The position numbers and the translations under genes are program-made. The notes under the pieces were generated by a model. The model was not told the DNA's origin and ran no database searches. It saw only the letters and a list, made by a program, of their open reading frames with translations. A stretch of 64,000 nucleotides of DNA, taken from NCBI GenBank assembly GCA_964016885.1, contig OZ024745.1, positions 54,002,001 through 54,066,000 of the forward strand, given 5' to 3'. The stretch's first letter is position 1; each line of letters opens with the position of its first letter. The DNA comes from Eledone cirrhosa (Eukaryota). Shown here piece by piece: positions 42,136 through 56,596 of this stretch.

Positions 42136-42713
42136 ATGTATCATTGATACACTTACTCAAAATGACCTCCCACTACCTAATTTTCTATATATATATATAT
42201 ATGTATCTATCTCTATTTCCTCTCTCTCTATATATATATATCTCTTTCTGTTTCTTTACATGAAGCTCTTCGCTTTATCTATTTTTCCATCTCTCTATTT
42301 TGTTCCATGCATTTCTTCTTTTTCTTTTTCTTCTTTTTCTTCCTTTTCTTCGTTTTGTCTTTCTTTCTTTTTTTTTTCTTTCTTTTTTCTCCCTTTTTTT
42401 TCTCTCTTTCTTTCTCTCTGTATTTTCACTGCTAGCGTAAACCTCTTCAAATGAAGTCGATGTTTATTACGGTATGTCGAATATATTTATCTATAAAACT
42501 GTTTATATTGTATTTTGTCTGATGAAGGCATAGCATATTGTTAATATGATATCCCCGAAATATATATAATGAAATAAATATGGTTTTATAAATATAGTTT
42601 TCCATTTATTTAATATTGTAAATATACTCCAAATATTTGTCGAGTGCTTTTATATCAGTTATAAATATTTACTAGTTGTAACCCAACAATTTTAAATATA
42701 ACTTTACATGTAT
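41633..42713 (+). repeat. 5' pseudo-LTR
   Basis: Near-identical to 45590-46624 (an 18-bp indel and microsatellite length differences). Confidence 0.92.
42511..42576 (+). ncRNA. Minimal type I hammerhead in 5' pseudo-LTR
   Basis: TATTTTGT-CTGATGA (42519)-AGG..CATATT GTT AATATG..CCC-GAAA (42557)-T-ATAT-A-TA^ATGAAATA. Confidence 0.8.
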
Positions 42714-42756
42714 CTTGCTCCAATACTGTTGAGCGCTTTATATTATAACTGGAAAA

Positions 42757-44970
42757 ATGGAATTCTTTAAGATTACTTCCTCTCTAAAAGACATACCTCT
42801 ACCTAGAAACAAAGACTTTGTAAAACAACTAATAGATAAATCTGACTCTTTTATAAGGAGAATCAGGTGGCGTGCATTCCACTTTGATAAATCTAATGCA
42901 GACGAAAATATCTCGGACTTAAACAAAGTTTTCAAATCTAAAAGAAATCCACCCCCTAACAAACTTTTATCTGACTTTGAAAACGATATAATTTCTATCA
43001 TACAAGGGGTCAAATTCAAGAGAAACTTTAAAGGCCAGGAATATCTGAAAGGCATTAAGGATAACATTGAGAGCTTAGAGAAAACTGAGAAGATCTTGGT
43101 GAAATCTGACAAGACCAACAACCTCTATGGAGTGCGGAAAGACATGTATAATGGCCTCATACTGAAAGAGCTGAGGAAAAAGTAGAAGGTAGCAGATAAG
43201 GCCGAACTTGAGAAAATGAATGTTGAAGCATCTTGTATAATGCATGAGTTGGAAATTGAGAACAGAACACAACCTTTCGTGCCCAGGAAACCGAAGATCA
43301 ATATGAAGGACCACAAGAGGAATTTTGAAAATGACCTGCCAGTTAGATTGATCGCACCTTCAAAATCGGACCTGGGCAAATTAAGCAAAAACATTCTTGA
43401 CAGGGTGATACAGCAAATTAAGAACTTGGATTGTGTATCTAACCTGAGCTTGTGGAAGGGAACTGGAGAGGTTGTTGAGTGGTTTAGGCAAATTAAATAT
43501 AACAATAATAATAGGTTTATTCAACTTGATATAGCTAACTATTCTTCTTCTATTACCCCTAGTCTACTAAATAAGGCACTAAATTACGCATTCAAACATA
43601 CGGACCTAACTAGCAAAGAAATGCATATTATATTATCGGCTAGGAAAACTTTGATAGAATTTAATGACAAATTATGGACCAGAGCAGATAGAGATAGCAA
43701 TTTGGACATAACTATGGGATCTTCCGACTCAGCTCAGGTAACTGACCTTGTGGGCTTATTTTTAATCAATTCGCTACATAGGAAAATACCTGGTACTACC
43801 GGAGGTTTATATAGGGATGACATGCTTTTACTTATTAATAATAATAACCCTGAACTAAATAGAAAATGTAAACAAATTACAAAATTTTTTAATTACTTTA
43901 ACCTTAAAATAGAAATTGAGAACAACCATAGAATAGTCAATTTCCTAGATATAACATTAAATCTCAACACATGTCTCCACTATCCTTTTCACAAGTTGAA
44001 TGAAAACTTAAACTATGTCAACTTTAACTCTAACCACCCCAGATCTGTCAAAAACACTATAGTAAACTCAGTCCAAAAACGTATCTCTAGGATCTCGTCG
44101 AATAGAAAGATTTTTGACGAAAAGGCCCAGTACTATAATGATGCACTAGCTAGGGCAGGGTATGCTGATAAGATTGTGTACATAGATAATGATAGACAAA
44201 CTAAACAAAGTAACAACTTTTTTAATTACGGCAACAACATTAACAACTATAATAGAAAGCATTACTATAATTCCAAAGGACAAAAAAGAAATAGAACTAG
44301 GAACATAATTTGGTTTGCCCCCCCTTTCTCACTAAACATTAAAACCCACATCGCTAAATTATTTTTCAAAGCTCTTGATAATCGCTTCCCTAGAACACAT
44401 AGGTATCACTCAATCTTCAATAGGCATACAATTAAATTAACCTACTCATCCACCAAAAATTTAGCACAAAATATTAATAGAATAAATAATAGGAACTTAA
44501 AACCTACTGATAATAGCATAAATAATATACAAGTTAACAAATGTAACTGTAGAGATAGATCTAAATGTCCGTTAAATAACAACTGCTTAGTTAAAAATAT
44601 AGTATACAATTGTAATGTTAATACTGACTCTAATTCTTTTAACTACGTCGGTTCCACATCGACGGAATTTAAACTTCGCTATAATAACCACAAGAATTCT
44701 TTCACAGATCCAAATAAAAAATCTTCAACGGCACTATCAGGCGTACTCTGGCAACTTAAGCTAGATAACGTTAGATATTCGACGGCTTGGAATATAGTCT
44801 CAAGAGGGATTCCTTTTAATTCATCCTCTGAGACATGTGACCTCTGCGCAGAGGAGATATTCTTTATACTAAAATCTAAAAATTCCCTTAACCTACGGAC
44901 AAATTTATTCAGTTGTTGCAAACATAGATTAAACTCAACGTTTAAATATAAATTTAAATTTAAAATGTAG
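42757..44970 (+). CDS. PLE polyprotein: reverse transcriptase + C-terminal GIY-YIG endonuclease (Nematis-like by motifs); one in-frame TAG at 43183
   Basis: Track ORFs 42757-43185 and 43216-44970 share a frame; SDKT, KDHK.NF, RLIAPSKS, QLDI, ITMGSSD, GLYRDD, NFLDITLNL, CNCR..CPL..C, NIVY..YVGST..FKLRYNNH, CDLC.EE. Confidence 0.9.
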
Positions 44971-45589
44971 TATATTTAGTTTGATTTATATTTATATGAG
45001 AACTAGCCGATAAATTTTTTGATTCCTAAATCTTTGATTCCCTCTTTTTACTCTTTTTTTATTGTTTATTTTATTTTATTTATTTTTATTTTTATCTAAA
45101 CATTCCTCATGAAAAATTAAGCTATCCTAAAAGCCGATGCTCCAAATTTTTTGAATTAACCTTACACTAGATAAACTTCTATATTAAATATAGGAACATA
45201 TGTAGACATAATTGGACATCATAATCTTTTTGAGATGTTCTTTGCTAGATGTGATTTGATAGATAATTTTTGGCTTTGTCTTGTAATGAACTTGGCAATA
45301 TATTGTCAATTAACTTTGAAGGGTTGTTCTTTGTGGTTTATTTTTATTTTTTATTTTTATTTTTATTTTTATTTTTATTTTTATTTTTATTCTTTTAGTA
45401 TTGTAGTATTCTATAATATTTTTTATTTTTTATTTTTATTTTATTTTTAATATTTTTAATATCTTTAATATGTAAATTTTTAATACGTAATATTTTTTAA
45501 TACGTAGTATTTTTAATATGCAATATTTTTATTATGTAATATTCTTTCGTAATATATTTTTTTAGTTTTCTATTCTATATTTTTACTTA

Positions 45590-46615
45590 TTATTATCATT
45601 ATTGTTATCTTTTTATTTTTAGTTTTGTTTATAATATAATATATATTTTTGATTGGTATATTGAAATCTGCTCTCTATTTCTGCTTGATAGATAATCTTG
45701 TAGAGTAATCGCAAATTTTTATACCACATTGAGAATGTTTTCCGGTAATTTAGAGTTTGCAGAGTGAATCAGTTGGATTCACATTGATGTTTGTAGCTGT
45801 CACATAAACATGTGAATTTTTAAAACTAAACATAAGATAATGAATTTTCACACATTATGGATACTTGTTTCATTCAGGAATACTGATATTTACAATATAG
45901 TGTAAGTTTTATAAATACTAATACATTAAAACATAGGGTTTTCTACGCCTCGAATATGTCTGGCTATTTTTAAATTTTTTTTCTCTCTCTCTATATCTCT
46001 CTATATCTCTCTATATATCTCCCTTACATTAATACTTGAGCTAAATAAATAAATAAATAAATAAATGTATCATTGATACACTTACTCAAAATGACCTCCC
46101 ACTACCTAATTTTCTATATATATATATGTATCTATCTCTATTTCCTCTCTCTCTCTATATATATATATCTTTCTGTTTCTTTACATGAAGCTCTTCGCTT
46201 TATCTATTTTTCCATCTCTCTATTTTGTTCCATGCATTTCTTCTTTTTCTTTTTCTTCTTTTTCTTCCTTTTCTTCGTTTTGTCTTTCTTTCTTTTTTCT
46301 CCCTTTTTTTTTCTCTCTTTCTTTCTCTCTGTATTTTCACTGCTAGCGTAAACCTCTTCAAATGAAGTCGATGTTTATTACGGTATGTCGAATATATTTA
46401 TCTATAAAACTGTTTATATTGTATTTTGTCTGATGAAGGCATAGCATATTGTTAATATGATATCCCCGAAATATATATAATGAAATAAATATGGTTTTAT
46501 AAATATAGTTTTCCATTTATTTAATATTGTAAATATACTCCAAATATTTGTCGAGTGCTTTTATATCAGTTATAAATATTTACTAGTTGTAACCCAACAA
46601 TTTTAAATATAACTT

Positions 46616-46624
<9 letters not shown>
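45590..46624 (+). repeat. 3' pseudo-LTR
   Basis: Direct repeat of 41633-42713. Confidence 0.92.
46422..46487 (+). ncRNA. Minimal type I hammerhead in 3' pseudo-LTR
   Basis: Identical to 42511-42576; CTGATGA 46430, GAAA 46468, predicted cleavage after 46479. Confidence 0.8.
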
Positions 46625-46664
<40 letters not shown>

Positions 46665-47149
46665 AAATTGGTTTAGAAAAGAAGAAAAAGAAGGCAAGAT
46701 GCTTTCTTATTTGGTTTTAACGCAAGGGAATTGAGAGAAGTTTGAATTATTATTTTCTTTCGAATTAGCAATCCCTTGAGATTTACTGATTGACAAAAAT
46801 ATAATTAGGGAGAAATACTAAACAAGAAGAGAAACCTAGAGGACAACAACGTCAATAAAGCAGAGTCGAATTACTATTCGTAGTTAACTATTTATGTAAG
46901 CTCATTCAAGAATAATTTTATTTGAAATCAGTCTACAACGGCCCTAATCATATTTTCATTATTCATAAAAGGGAATAAAAGTAAACAAATAAAACAAGTG
47001 AGCTAAAAAATATTGAAGTAATAAACAGTAAAATGTTTTTTGTTTGAGACAACCAAGATAGCAGTAGAGGAAGAGTTTTAAATAGATTTTAATTTACACT
47101 TCTTATGATTTTAAACTCACCACATCGCAACGAAAGATGTTCAACTCCA

Positions 47150-47790
47150 GTCGCAGACAGGACACGTACATGTTTGGTTGGAGAAGCCATGTGTAACGTT
47201 ATGTGTTCGCTTCATGTTTCATTTCTCCTGGTAGCGTTGAGTGCGTTTCATTTCCATATCGCCAACCCTTTCTCAATACGATAAAAACGTTGGTCTTTAG
47301 CTGGCTTTTGAACTTCTTATGTGATCTTTGATTCAAGCATTGACCATGATGTAGCTGACCATAGATGAGCCTACGGATCAAAGATTCAATCAGAAACGTA
47401 CACAGCATGTCCGAACCAACTTACAATATTCTTATATGTTCATAGTGGAGAGTAGACTTCCCACACGATGAAAGTTGCGAAGTTTGTTTCGAAAGATTAT
47501 CTTCCTGAGCTCCACAAAGGATACCGAGATATGTATGAGGCAATTTATAATTTCCATGACCAGTGTGTAGTCACTGGAAATGCTACTGCCTACGAATCTT
47601 ATTTTGGATGATCTGGTTAGTTGTCAATATTGTACTGAGAAAATGGCTGAGATGATATTCAAGGAGCCCTTTGTCGTCCGTTAACTGGGTTGTTGACAAT
47701 GTTTAAACTCATTTTTGTAGACTCTTGTTTGATTGGAAGACAAACATTATGTTCCCTGTATAAGTTTTAGTTGCATAAGGGTCTGCCGGG
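47150..47790 (-). mobile_element. Degenerate RTE (BovB-like) LINE 3' coding fragment
   Basis: WFGHAV...RRLIYGQLHHGQC.NQRSHKKFKSQLK matches the RTE W.GHV.RM..R.PK.LLYGEL..G.R......KRFKD.LK tail. Confidence 0.6.
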
Positions 47791-49952
47791 AACATTACCG
47801 ATTTGAAACAAGTCAGATTAGATAATGCATACGCTGATATACAGTGGAGTGTGATGGCTATGGATGAAACGCCTCCAATTACATGTCTTAAAAACAATGG
47901 CGACAAGACCGACAGCAATAGTTTGATAATTGAGCCAATAAAGATGTCTCTACGTGCTCACACCCAACCTGCTAAAAATAACAGCCAAATCTCCCTCAAA
48001 TCACACCGTCTTAACAAATGATGGGATACATTGATTCATGTAGTCCAAAGGATATAATTATGTCTTAGATAGGCACAAGTTAAAAAGTTTGAGAGAAAGG
48101 CGTTAATAAATTATATTGATCTCAACACTGGACCTCTATTTTATCAACTCGGGAGGGTTACAAGGTAAAATAAACGTTGGCAGATTTAGATTCCAGAAGT
48201 AAAGAGTCAGAACAAAGCAAACTTGTCCGACGTGAAGTGTCTTTGTTATTATATCCTTGGATCCTAACGAACTAAAACAAAGATATAATCGGTATGATTA
48301 AAAAGGGTGCGTTCATAAATCTGCTGAACAAGAGATAGTCTGTGACAAAACAACAATAACAGCAATAAAAATAATAACAAAAGTACCACCACCACCACAA
48401 ACAACAAAAACAACATCAACAACTTAACACAAAGAACCAAAGGCAGAGCCTTTTAATGGTCGCTCGATGTGTACATCACTGTTCACCGTCTTGAAAAAGA
48501 AAAAAAAAAGAAACATTATATAATATAAACCTTAAAACTGAAAAAGGACAGAAACGTTATAGATAGAATAGTTTTGATCATATGACTCCTCAATCAGTAC
48601 CGACCTGGGGCTAAACAACAACAACAACAACAGGAACCACACTGCCATTAACTACTTATCCTTCACCACCTCTACGACGACGACGACGACGACGACCACC
48701 ACCACCACCACCACCACTACCACCACTATCACCACCAACAACAACAACAACAACGGCATCAACAACATCAAATAAACAGCAAGCAACAACAACAACAACA
48801 GCATCAACAACAATATCAACAAGAAGAAGAAGAACAACAACGACAGCAACAGCAACAATAGCAACAGTAACACAGCACTCAAGAACTTGCCTTAATTCAT
48901 TTGCCAAATACCCACTAAGCGTTTATGAACAATTAAGTTGCCACTCCTATTAAAACTAATGTTTTTAGAATGGGTTCAATGTTGCGTGATATATATAAAT
49001 TTCGTCTTTTATAATGTATTCTCTGAGGAGACAGAACATTTTGTGAGCTGCAAATGTATTTTAATGAAAGAAAGAAAAAAAACCCCTACTCATTCTTATA
49101 TGCATGTATGCATTTATGTATGTGTATATGCTTGTATATATGCATGCATGTATGTATGCATTCATTTATGTATGTATGTATGCATGTATTCATTTATGTA
49201 TGTATGTATGTATGTATGTATGTATGTATGTATGTATGTATGTATGCCTGCATTTATTTATGTATGTATATGTGTATGTATGTATGTATGTATGTATGTA
49301 TGTTCTTCTGGTTTTATAATTTTAGAGAAAGTCGGTTTCTAACATAGACGCAAGACTCTTTCATTGGAATTTAGACAACACGAACTAGGTAGATATGTCT
49401 GCATGCGTATGCGTGTGTGTGCAGGTATGGATGTTATTGTATGTGTAGTTGTGTATGTTTTGAGTTATATGTGTGCATGTGCATATGTTTTGTATCTGTG
49501 CATGAGTAGGTGCAGTTATTACATGTGTGTATGTATGTATGGTATGCATTTAAACATGGATGTATATATGCATTTATGTATGTATATATGGTATGCATTA
49601 ATGCATTGATGTATATTTGCATTTATATATGTATGGTATGTATTTATGCACAGATGCATGCCCATACACATACACACATATACGCATATACACAAATGCG
49701 AACACATAAACACATATCCGTACGTGAATACAAGCACCGGCACACACATATTCACATACACATCTACAAGTTTATTATGTACATGTATAATGTAGGTTAC
49801 GTAGATGAACAAGTGACAATGTGTAGGAAAAAAAGGAATTAACAATTTATAAATTGTTTTGAGAATTGCTACATTTTCTATAGCAATATGCTTCTGTATT
49901 ACGTTGATTCTTTAAACTTATTGGTTTGGACGGTGATGGATGTATTAATAAC

Positions 49953-50135
49953 TGTTTCTGCTTTTGTCATGAGGCTAGCAATTACCCCAGTGCATTAGTG
50001 GTACTTTATTTTATCGACCCCGTAAGGATGAAAGGCAAAGCTAACCTCGGAGGGATTTGTACTCATAACGTAAAGGGCCATAACTCTATGCTGCAAAGTA
50101 TGGTGTTTGATGCTCTACCGATACTGCCAATCCGA
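49953..50135 (-). mobile_element. Nin/Deu-core SINE
   Basis: Same core as 38269-38455. Confidence 0.8.
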
Positions 50136-50639
50136 TCTTCCAATTACCAGTTAAAGACTAATTCTAAGAATGTTGAGACAATATGTCTCAACACGTTCAA
50201 TAAAGTTTGTATTCTACTGAATTCCCTTTCTCATAAAATGAATTTGGGTGGTTCTAACGTTATTTTGTCAAAGTTAGTTGAATTTTTCGTTGCGTGGCAT
50301 ACAATTCAGCATATGACATCAATCCAAGCTGTGTTCAGTTCAATAGAAGTGTCACATGTCTGAACATTGATGGTCATTTTAATTGGTTTTTAGGGATTTT
50401 TTAGTGATTTTCTTTCGTGGATTATTTTCAAATAATTTTCGCAAAAGTTTGTTCAGTAACTTCATAATTATATCATATATACGTATTACCAGTTTAATGT
50501 GATCAATTTTTAATTAATAACAAATTACATCCGCTTCCTCCAAATTACCAGCATTGTGTCTATGTTAGAACCAAAAACCAATTTATTATTTCAAAAATTC
50601 AGCATTGATAGGTTTAAGTTAGTGTATTGTTGATAGATA

Positions 50640-50790
50640 AGGCGGCAAATTGGCAGAGTCGTTAGAACGTCTTTCGGTATTCGTTTCGACTATCTGCTCT
50701 CTGAGTTCAAATTTCGCCGAGATTAACTTTGCCTTTCATCCTTTTGAGGTCGATAAAAAAGTATCAGTCTAGTACTGGGGTCGATTCTTC
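50640..50790 (+). mobile_element. Nin/Deu-core SINE (plus strand)
   Basis: GGCAGAGTCGTTAGAAC..CTGAGTTCAAAT..GCCTTTCATCCTTTTGAGGTCGATAAAA. Confidence 0.75.
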
Positions 50791-52219
50791 CTCTATATCT
50801 CTTTATTCTCTTTCACTATCTATCCTTCTCTGGAAGAAATCTGCTGTATTCAAACGCGGAAAGGGATGGGCTCCACCAGGTTTGAAAAATACCCTGGAAA
50901 CGCCATATGTCAATATGACTCATTTAAGAGTTACGGGACCATGCATGCATTGTGGATAGATAATAAAAAAGATAACAAAACAAAACAAAAATCCCACGTC
51001 AGGTGAATGTCAAATCTAGCTATGAAAATGGCTTCAATTGTATGAGAACACGGCTTGAGTTTACTAGCACAAACCAGGTATTAATGTTTTGAACAATATC
51101 GACACATTCATTATTTGAATATGTTACTTGCCTGTACTTTATACGCGTATACAGTGACCAAACACCCATGGCGTGTCAGAGTCATACATTTGCCTCTCCA
51201 GAGTATACAAATCAGTTGTGATTATTCATAATTGAATAATCACATGAGTACTCACATATGTATCTAAAGTGCATGACTTTATGATTAGGGTGTTGGTCTC
51301 TCGATTTTAAGGTCATGGGTTCGGCTCAGATCGGGTGTTACGTTATGCCCTTGAATAAGATACTTCATTTCATGTTGCTCTCTGGTTTACTGAACCGAGA
51401 GTGCAAACTAATGTTAACTGTGAGTTACCTTTTGACAGACTGGTGTCCCGTCTATGTGGTAATCTTGCTGACTCAGTCGCTTAACACCGCATGCAATCAG
51501 GATAAACTCCGACGAGGGCATGTTAGGAAGAAAGGACATATTTTAATGATATGTCTTACATGTATATTATACATATACATATATGTACATACTTAAGCGC
51601 ATACACATATATGCATGCATATACAGAGATACATTCATACTAGCGCACACACAAGCAGACAACAAAATATATATAAACATATACAGATAATGTAGGCCTA
51701 GATCGATTATGCTTTAAACAAATATCGGGTGGGTAGGCCTGCAACGCCTTTAATTATGTCACAACACCGTCTATAACACCACCAACAACACTACCATCAC
51801 CACTGACAACAAAAACAACATCACACCAACAACCATTGCAAAGGAGTAGCCTTCTTTGAAATTGAAATCGGATTAAATACTAACGCTTTGAATTGATGAA
51901 TCGCAGCAATAGATAAACTTTACTGCAGAAAAGTTACTTTCGTGTGGCTGGATTGATTTGTGGAATATTTTATGATTAACTTAGTTTTTTTTTCTTAAAC
52001 AGTTTAACCTCTTGTTTTCATCTGGGCATCTTTCTTTTCTGATGATTTCCATTTGAAATTGAACACTGGTTATGAGTCAAATCTAATCTTTCATGCCAGT
52101 ATTTGCCAGTATTTGCCAGTATTTGCCAGTATTTGCATGGCGCATAGAGTTTATAGGTGACATTTCTATGCTCGTCTATGATAACCTCGGATTTGGTTAC
52201 ATCGACATATGGAAATAGT

Positions 52220-52830
52220 AATGACAACAATGACGATAACGACGACGACGACAACGATGACGACGACAAGGACGACGACGACAAGGATGACGAGGACAAC
52301 GACTACGACGACAACGATGATGACAAGGACGACGACGACAACAATGACGACAACGACGACGACAACAATGACGACAACGACGACGACAACAATGACGACA
52401 ACGACGACGACGACAACAATGACGACAACGACTACGACGACAACAATGACGACAACGGCGACGACAACAATGACGACAACGACGACGATGACAACAATGA
52501 CGACAACGACGACGATGACAAGGACGACAACGACAACGACAACGATGACGACAAGGACGACGACGACAACAATGACGACAACGACGACGATGACAAGGAC
52601 GACAACGACGACGACAACGATGACGACAAGGACGACGACGACAACAATGACGACAACGACGACGATGACAAGGACGACAACGACGACGACAACGATGACG
52701 ACAAGGACGACGACGACGACAACAATGACGACAACGACGACGATGACAACGACGACGACGACAAGGACGATGACAAGGACGACGATAACGACGACGATGA
52801 GGACGACATCGACAGCGGTGATTATGATGA
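52220..52830. repeat. (GAC/AAC/GAT) degenerate trinucleotide tract with ~60-bp higher-order periodicity
   Basis: Directly visible; produces the D/N-rich ORF. Confidence 0.9.
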
Positions 52831-52857
52831 ATGAATGAATAACAATAATAATAATAA

Positions 52858-52965
52858 TTGTTTCTACATTAGGCACAAGGCCAGCAATTAACCAGTACAT
52901 TACTGGTACTTTATTTTATCGACCCCGTAAGGATGAAAGGCAAAGTTAACCTCGGCCGGATTTAA
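52858..52965 (-). mobile_element. Truncated Nin/Deu-core SINE
   Basis: Same core as 38269-38455. Confidence 0.75.
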
Positions 52966-53009
52966 ACAATAATAATAATAATAAAGTCGACTGGGTTGAC
53001 CTCAGTGTA

Positions 53010-53398
<389 letters not shown>

Positions 53399-54080
53399 AC
53401 GTTGGAGATGATAATTAGCATAATGCCGCAACATTTACAAGTGAATTGAATGGAGTATATTGCTGGTTCTTAACATGACGACGTCAACTGGCATCACTAT
53501 ATCAGCACCATTATCACCAAAACTACTAGCACACCACTGCATCACCATCACAAAGATCAACACAACTAAAAACAACACAAACAATAACAACAAGTATAAC
53601 AATAATGATAAAGGATGATATTTTAATCCAAATTTACTTTAAAAAAATACAAACTAAAAATGAAAAAAAAATCAAAAAAAAAACAAGCAAACAATTTAAG
53701 CAAAAAAAAAAAAAATATATCGATGATGTCTTTTTTTTTAAATACAAAATATGAGAATAACGAAATAAATGGAAATCGTTGGTCTGATGGAAATTTGGCA
53801 ACAAAATGGATAATATCGAAGATAGTGACATATTTTGAACCCAAAGCCAATCCCATTGTATGATTAAAAATACGTAAAAAAATAACATATATACAAAAAC
53901 ATAGTAATATATAATTTAAAAACATGGTTGTTATTTTTTTTTCGCTTTTTAAAAATTGAAATCAACATTCACATTTGTATCAGGCTATTCTCAGTACACG
54001 ATAGCCAATTTAAACAGCTAAAATGTATAGGGAAGAAAAAAAAAAAAAAAAAAAAATTACAGGATGAAAATAAAGATAAA

Positions 54081-54148
<68 letters not shown>

Positions 54149-54609
54149 TTAATAATAATAGTAATAATAATATTGGTAATAATATTAGTAATAAATATTA
54201 GTAATGATGGTAATGAAACAGATAAAAAAACTTGGTGGGGGGAATGAGATGGGGGAGGTGGTGGTAGTAAAGATTGTGGTGGTAGTAATAAAGGTGATGG
54301 CGGTAGTAAAGATGGTTGAGTAAGCTGAAAAAAGAAATAGCAATGCTAGAGAACTGCTGTAGGATTCATGCATGATGCAATCTTCTCTCAACGCTCTTTT
54401 CATTTCTCTGATTTGTTAAATTGCTAACATGATCGTGTTGACCTTTAACAGAGTTCTTGCATAAATTGACTGTCAGAGCCAAAGGCCAAGATTACATATT
54501 TAGATTTTTCAATAAAAGACAGAATTTAAATGAGAAAAAAAAATTATCAAAAATATCCTCCAACAACAGCAACAGCAACAAAGTAGGCTTAGAATCGAAA
54601 CCTTACCAT

Positions 54610-54725
54610 TATTATCATAATCAGTAACAGCACCATTGCTATGTTAGTTATCATCTTCATCCTCATCATCATCATTATCATCATTATCTTCTTTCTCTTC
54701 CGCGACATTCTCATCGTTTTCATCG

Positions 54726-54767
<42 letters not shown>

Positions 54768-54840
54768 CCACCGTCAACATCATCACCACCACCATCATCA
54801 TCATCATCACCACCACCAGCAGCACCATCACCATCATCAT

Positions 54841-54888
<48 letters not shown>

Positions 54889-55060
54889 TATCGTCACCAC
54901 CACCACCATCATCATCGTCATCATCACCACCACCACCACCACCACCACCACCACCACCACCACCACCACTACCACCACCACCACCACCACCACCACCATC
55001 ATCATCACCATCATCATCATCATCATCATCACCACCACCATCATCACCATCACCATCATA
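54610..55060. repeat. (CAT)n/(CAC)n microsatellite
   Basis: Directly visible. Confidence 0.95.
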
Positions 55061-55440
55061 TATTAGTACACTGCTGTCCTTAAAACACAAAGAACCCACT
55101 GTTACTACAAATGGTATAATCATCAATGACAGCAACAACAACAATAATCCTTTACAATATCATCAATTACATTAAGTTCTAAAATTTACAGAAGGTTACA
55201 CATATTGGGAGAGGTGGGTAAATATATTATTGGTGGTTTATTTCAGAGACTCCTGAACAAAGGTAGGTAAAACTGCCATTGGTGGCTTTGCAATTCAGAA
55301 GGTAAATATGAAAGCAACTAAAATTCCACGAAATATTTCGTCCAACATTCAACCGTTTCTACAATTAATCATCATCATCAACATCATCATCATCATCATC
55401 ATCATCATCATTATCATCATCATCATCATCATCATCATCT

Positions 55441-55471
<31 letters not shown>

Positions 55472-55607
55472 GCTTCATTTCTACATTTGGTGCAAAGCCA
55501 AATGTTGTCCGACGCTCTACAGAAACTGCTAATTAACCACCCTTAGTAGTAGTAATTGTAGTAGTAGTAGTAGTAGTAGTAATAGTAGTAGTAGTAGTAG
55601 TAGTTGT

Positions 55608-55822
55608 TATTTCTACTTTAAGCACAAGGCCAGCAATTTTTAGGAGGAGGGGAAAGTCGATTAAATCGACCCCAGTGCATGACTGGTACTTTATCGACCC
55701 CGTAAAGATGAAAGGCAAAGCTAACCCTCACAGAATTTGAACTCAGAACGTAAAGGGCCGTAACCCTATGCTGCAAAGCATGGTGTCTGACGCTCTACCC
55801 ATACTGCCGACCCACAGCCCTT
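55608..55822 (-). mobile_element. Nin/Deu-core SINE
   Basis: Same head, core and tail as 38269-38455; a further partial copy at ~55848-55940. Confidence 0.8.
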
Positions 55823-56532
55823 CAGTAGTAGTAGTAATAATAATAATGGTTTCTGATTTACGCACGAGGCCAACAATTTTGGGGTAGAAGAAAGTCGATG
55901 CCCCAGTGCATTACTGGGAATTCATTTTTTTATTGACCTCGTGGTCGGGAAGAGAAAGGCAGCACCCATGATGCTTTATTTTTCCAGGGCGTCAGATAAA
56001 GATGAAACGAGGTTATCTTCAAAGAGGAAACCTGTCACAAACTTTGCAACAGAGTGACATATGCTAAAGGCATCCAAAAACCAGGTGGTAGTGTTAAACC
56101 GGGTGACTGATTAATTCTACCAAACAATTTAAGTCTAATACGCAGTTAAATCTCCCCTCCTATGTTATGTCTACCATCTGATATTCAATCTACCATTCAG
56201 TTTAAGCCTACCACCCAATATAAGGTCTAACAGTCAAGTTAAATCTATCATCCAATTGAAGCTACAATTCAAGTTATGTCTACCATCCAAGTTACCTCTC
56301 CAACATAAATTCAGTCAAACATTCACATTTACTCAACCACAATATATAATGAAAATGATAATCATAATTAATAATATAGTAGTAATAAAAATAGTATTTT
56401 GTTTTTGTATGTTAGTTTAATTTATAACTAATTTCACGTTGACCTTAGATTGATAACATTTCGACAAACTTCATTAAACATTTAAATATATCAATACACG
56501 CACATCTTTATGATACATACACGCACACACAC

Positions 56533-56596
<64 letters not shown>

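Larger units (their letters stand above)
41633..46624 (+). mobile_element. Near-intact Penelope-like element with direct pseudo-LTRs
   Basis: Direct repeats 41633-42713 and 45590-46624 flank an RT + GIY-YIG ORF; each repeat has a hammerhead; the 3' end runs into (TA)n. Confidence 0.93.

Noticed and set aside
43183-43185. In-frame stop in the PLE ORF as programmed read-through or selenocysteine
   Set aside because: It is TAG, not TGA, at a position where a Tyr (K.YK context) is expected; a single point mutation is the simplest explanation.
41633-46624. LTR retrotransposon interpretation of the 1-kb direct repeats
   Set aside because: No TG..CA ends, PBS/PPT, gag, protease or integrase; the RT + GIY-YIG ORF and hammerheads define a PLE.
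52157-52834. 225-aa Asp/Asn-rich ORF resembling an acidic biomineralisation protein
   Set aside because: Entirely within a trinucleotide tract that is open in several frames; no signal peptide or splice context, and it is surrounded by other microsatellites.
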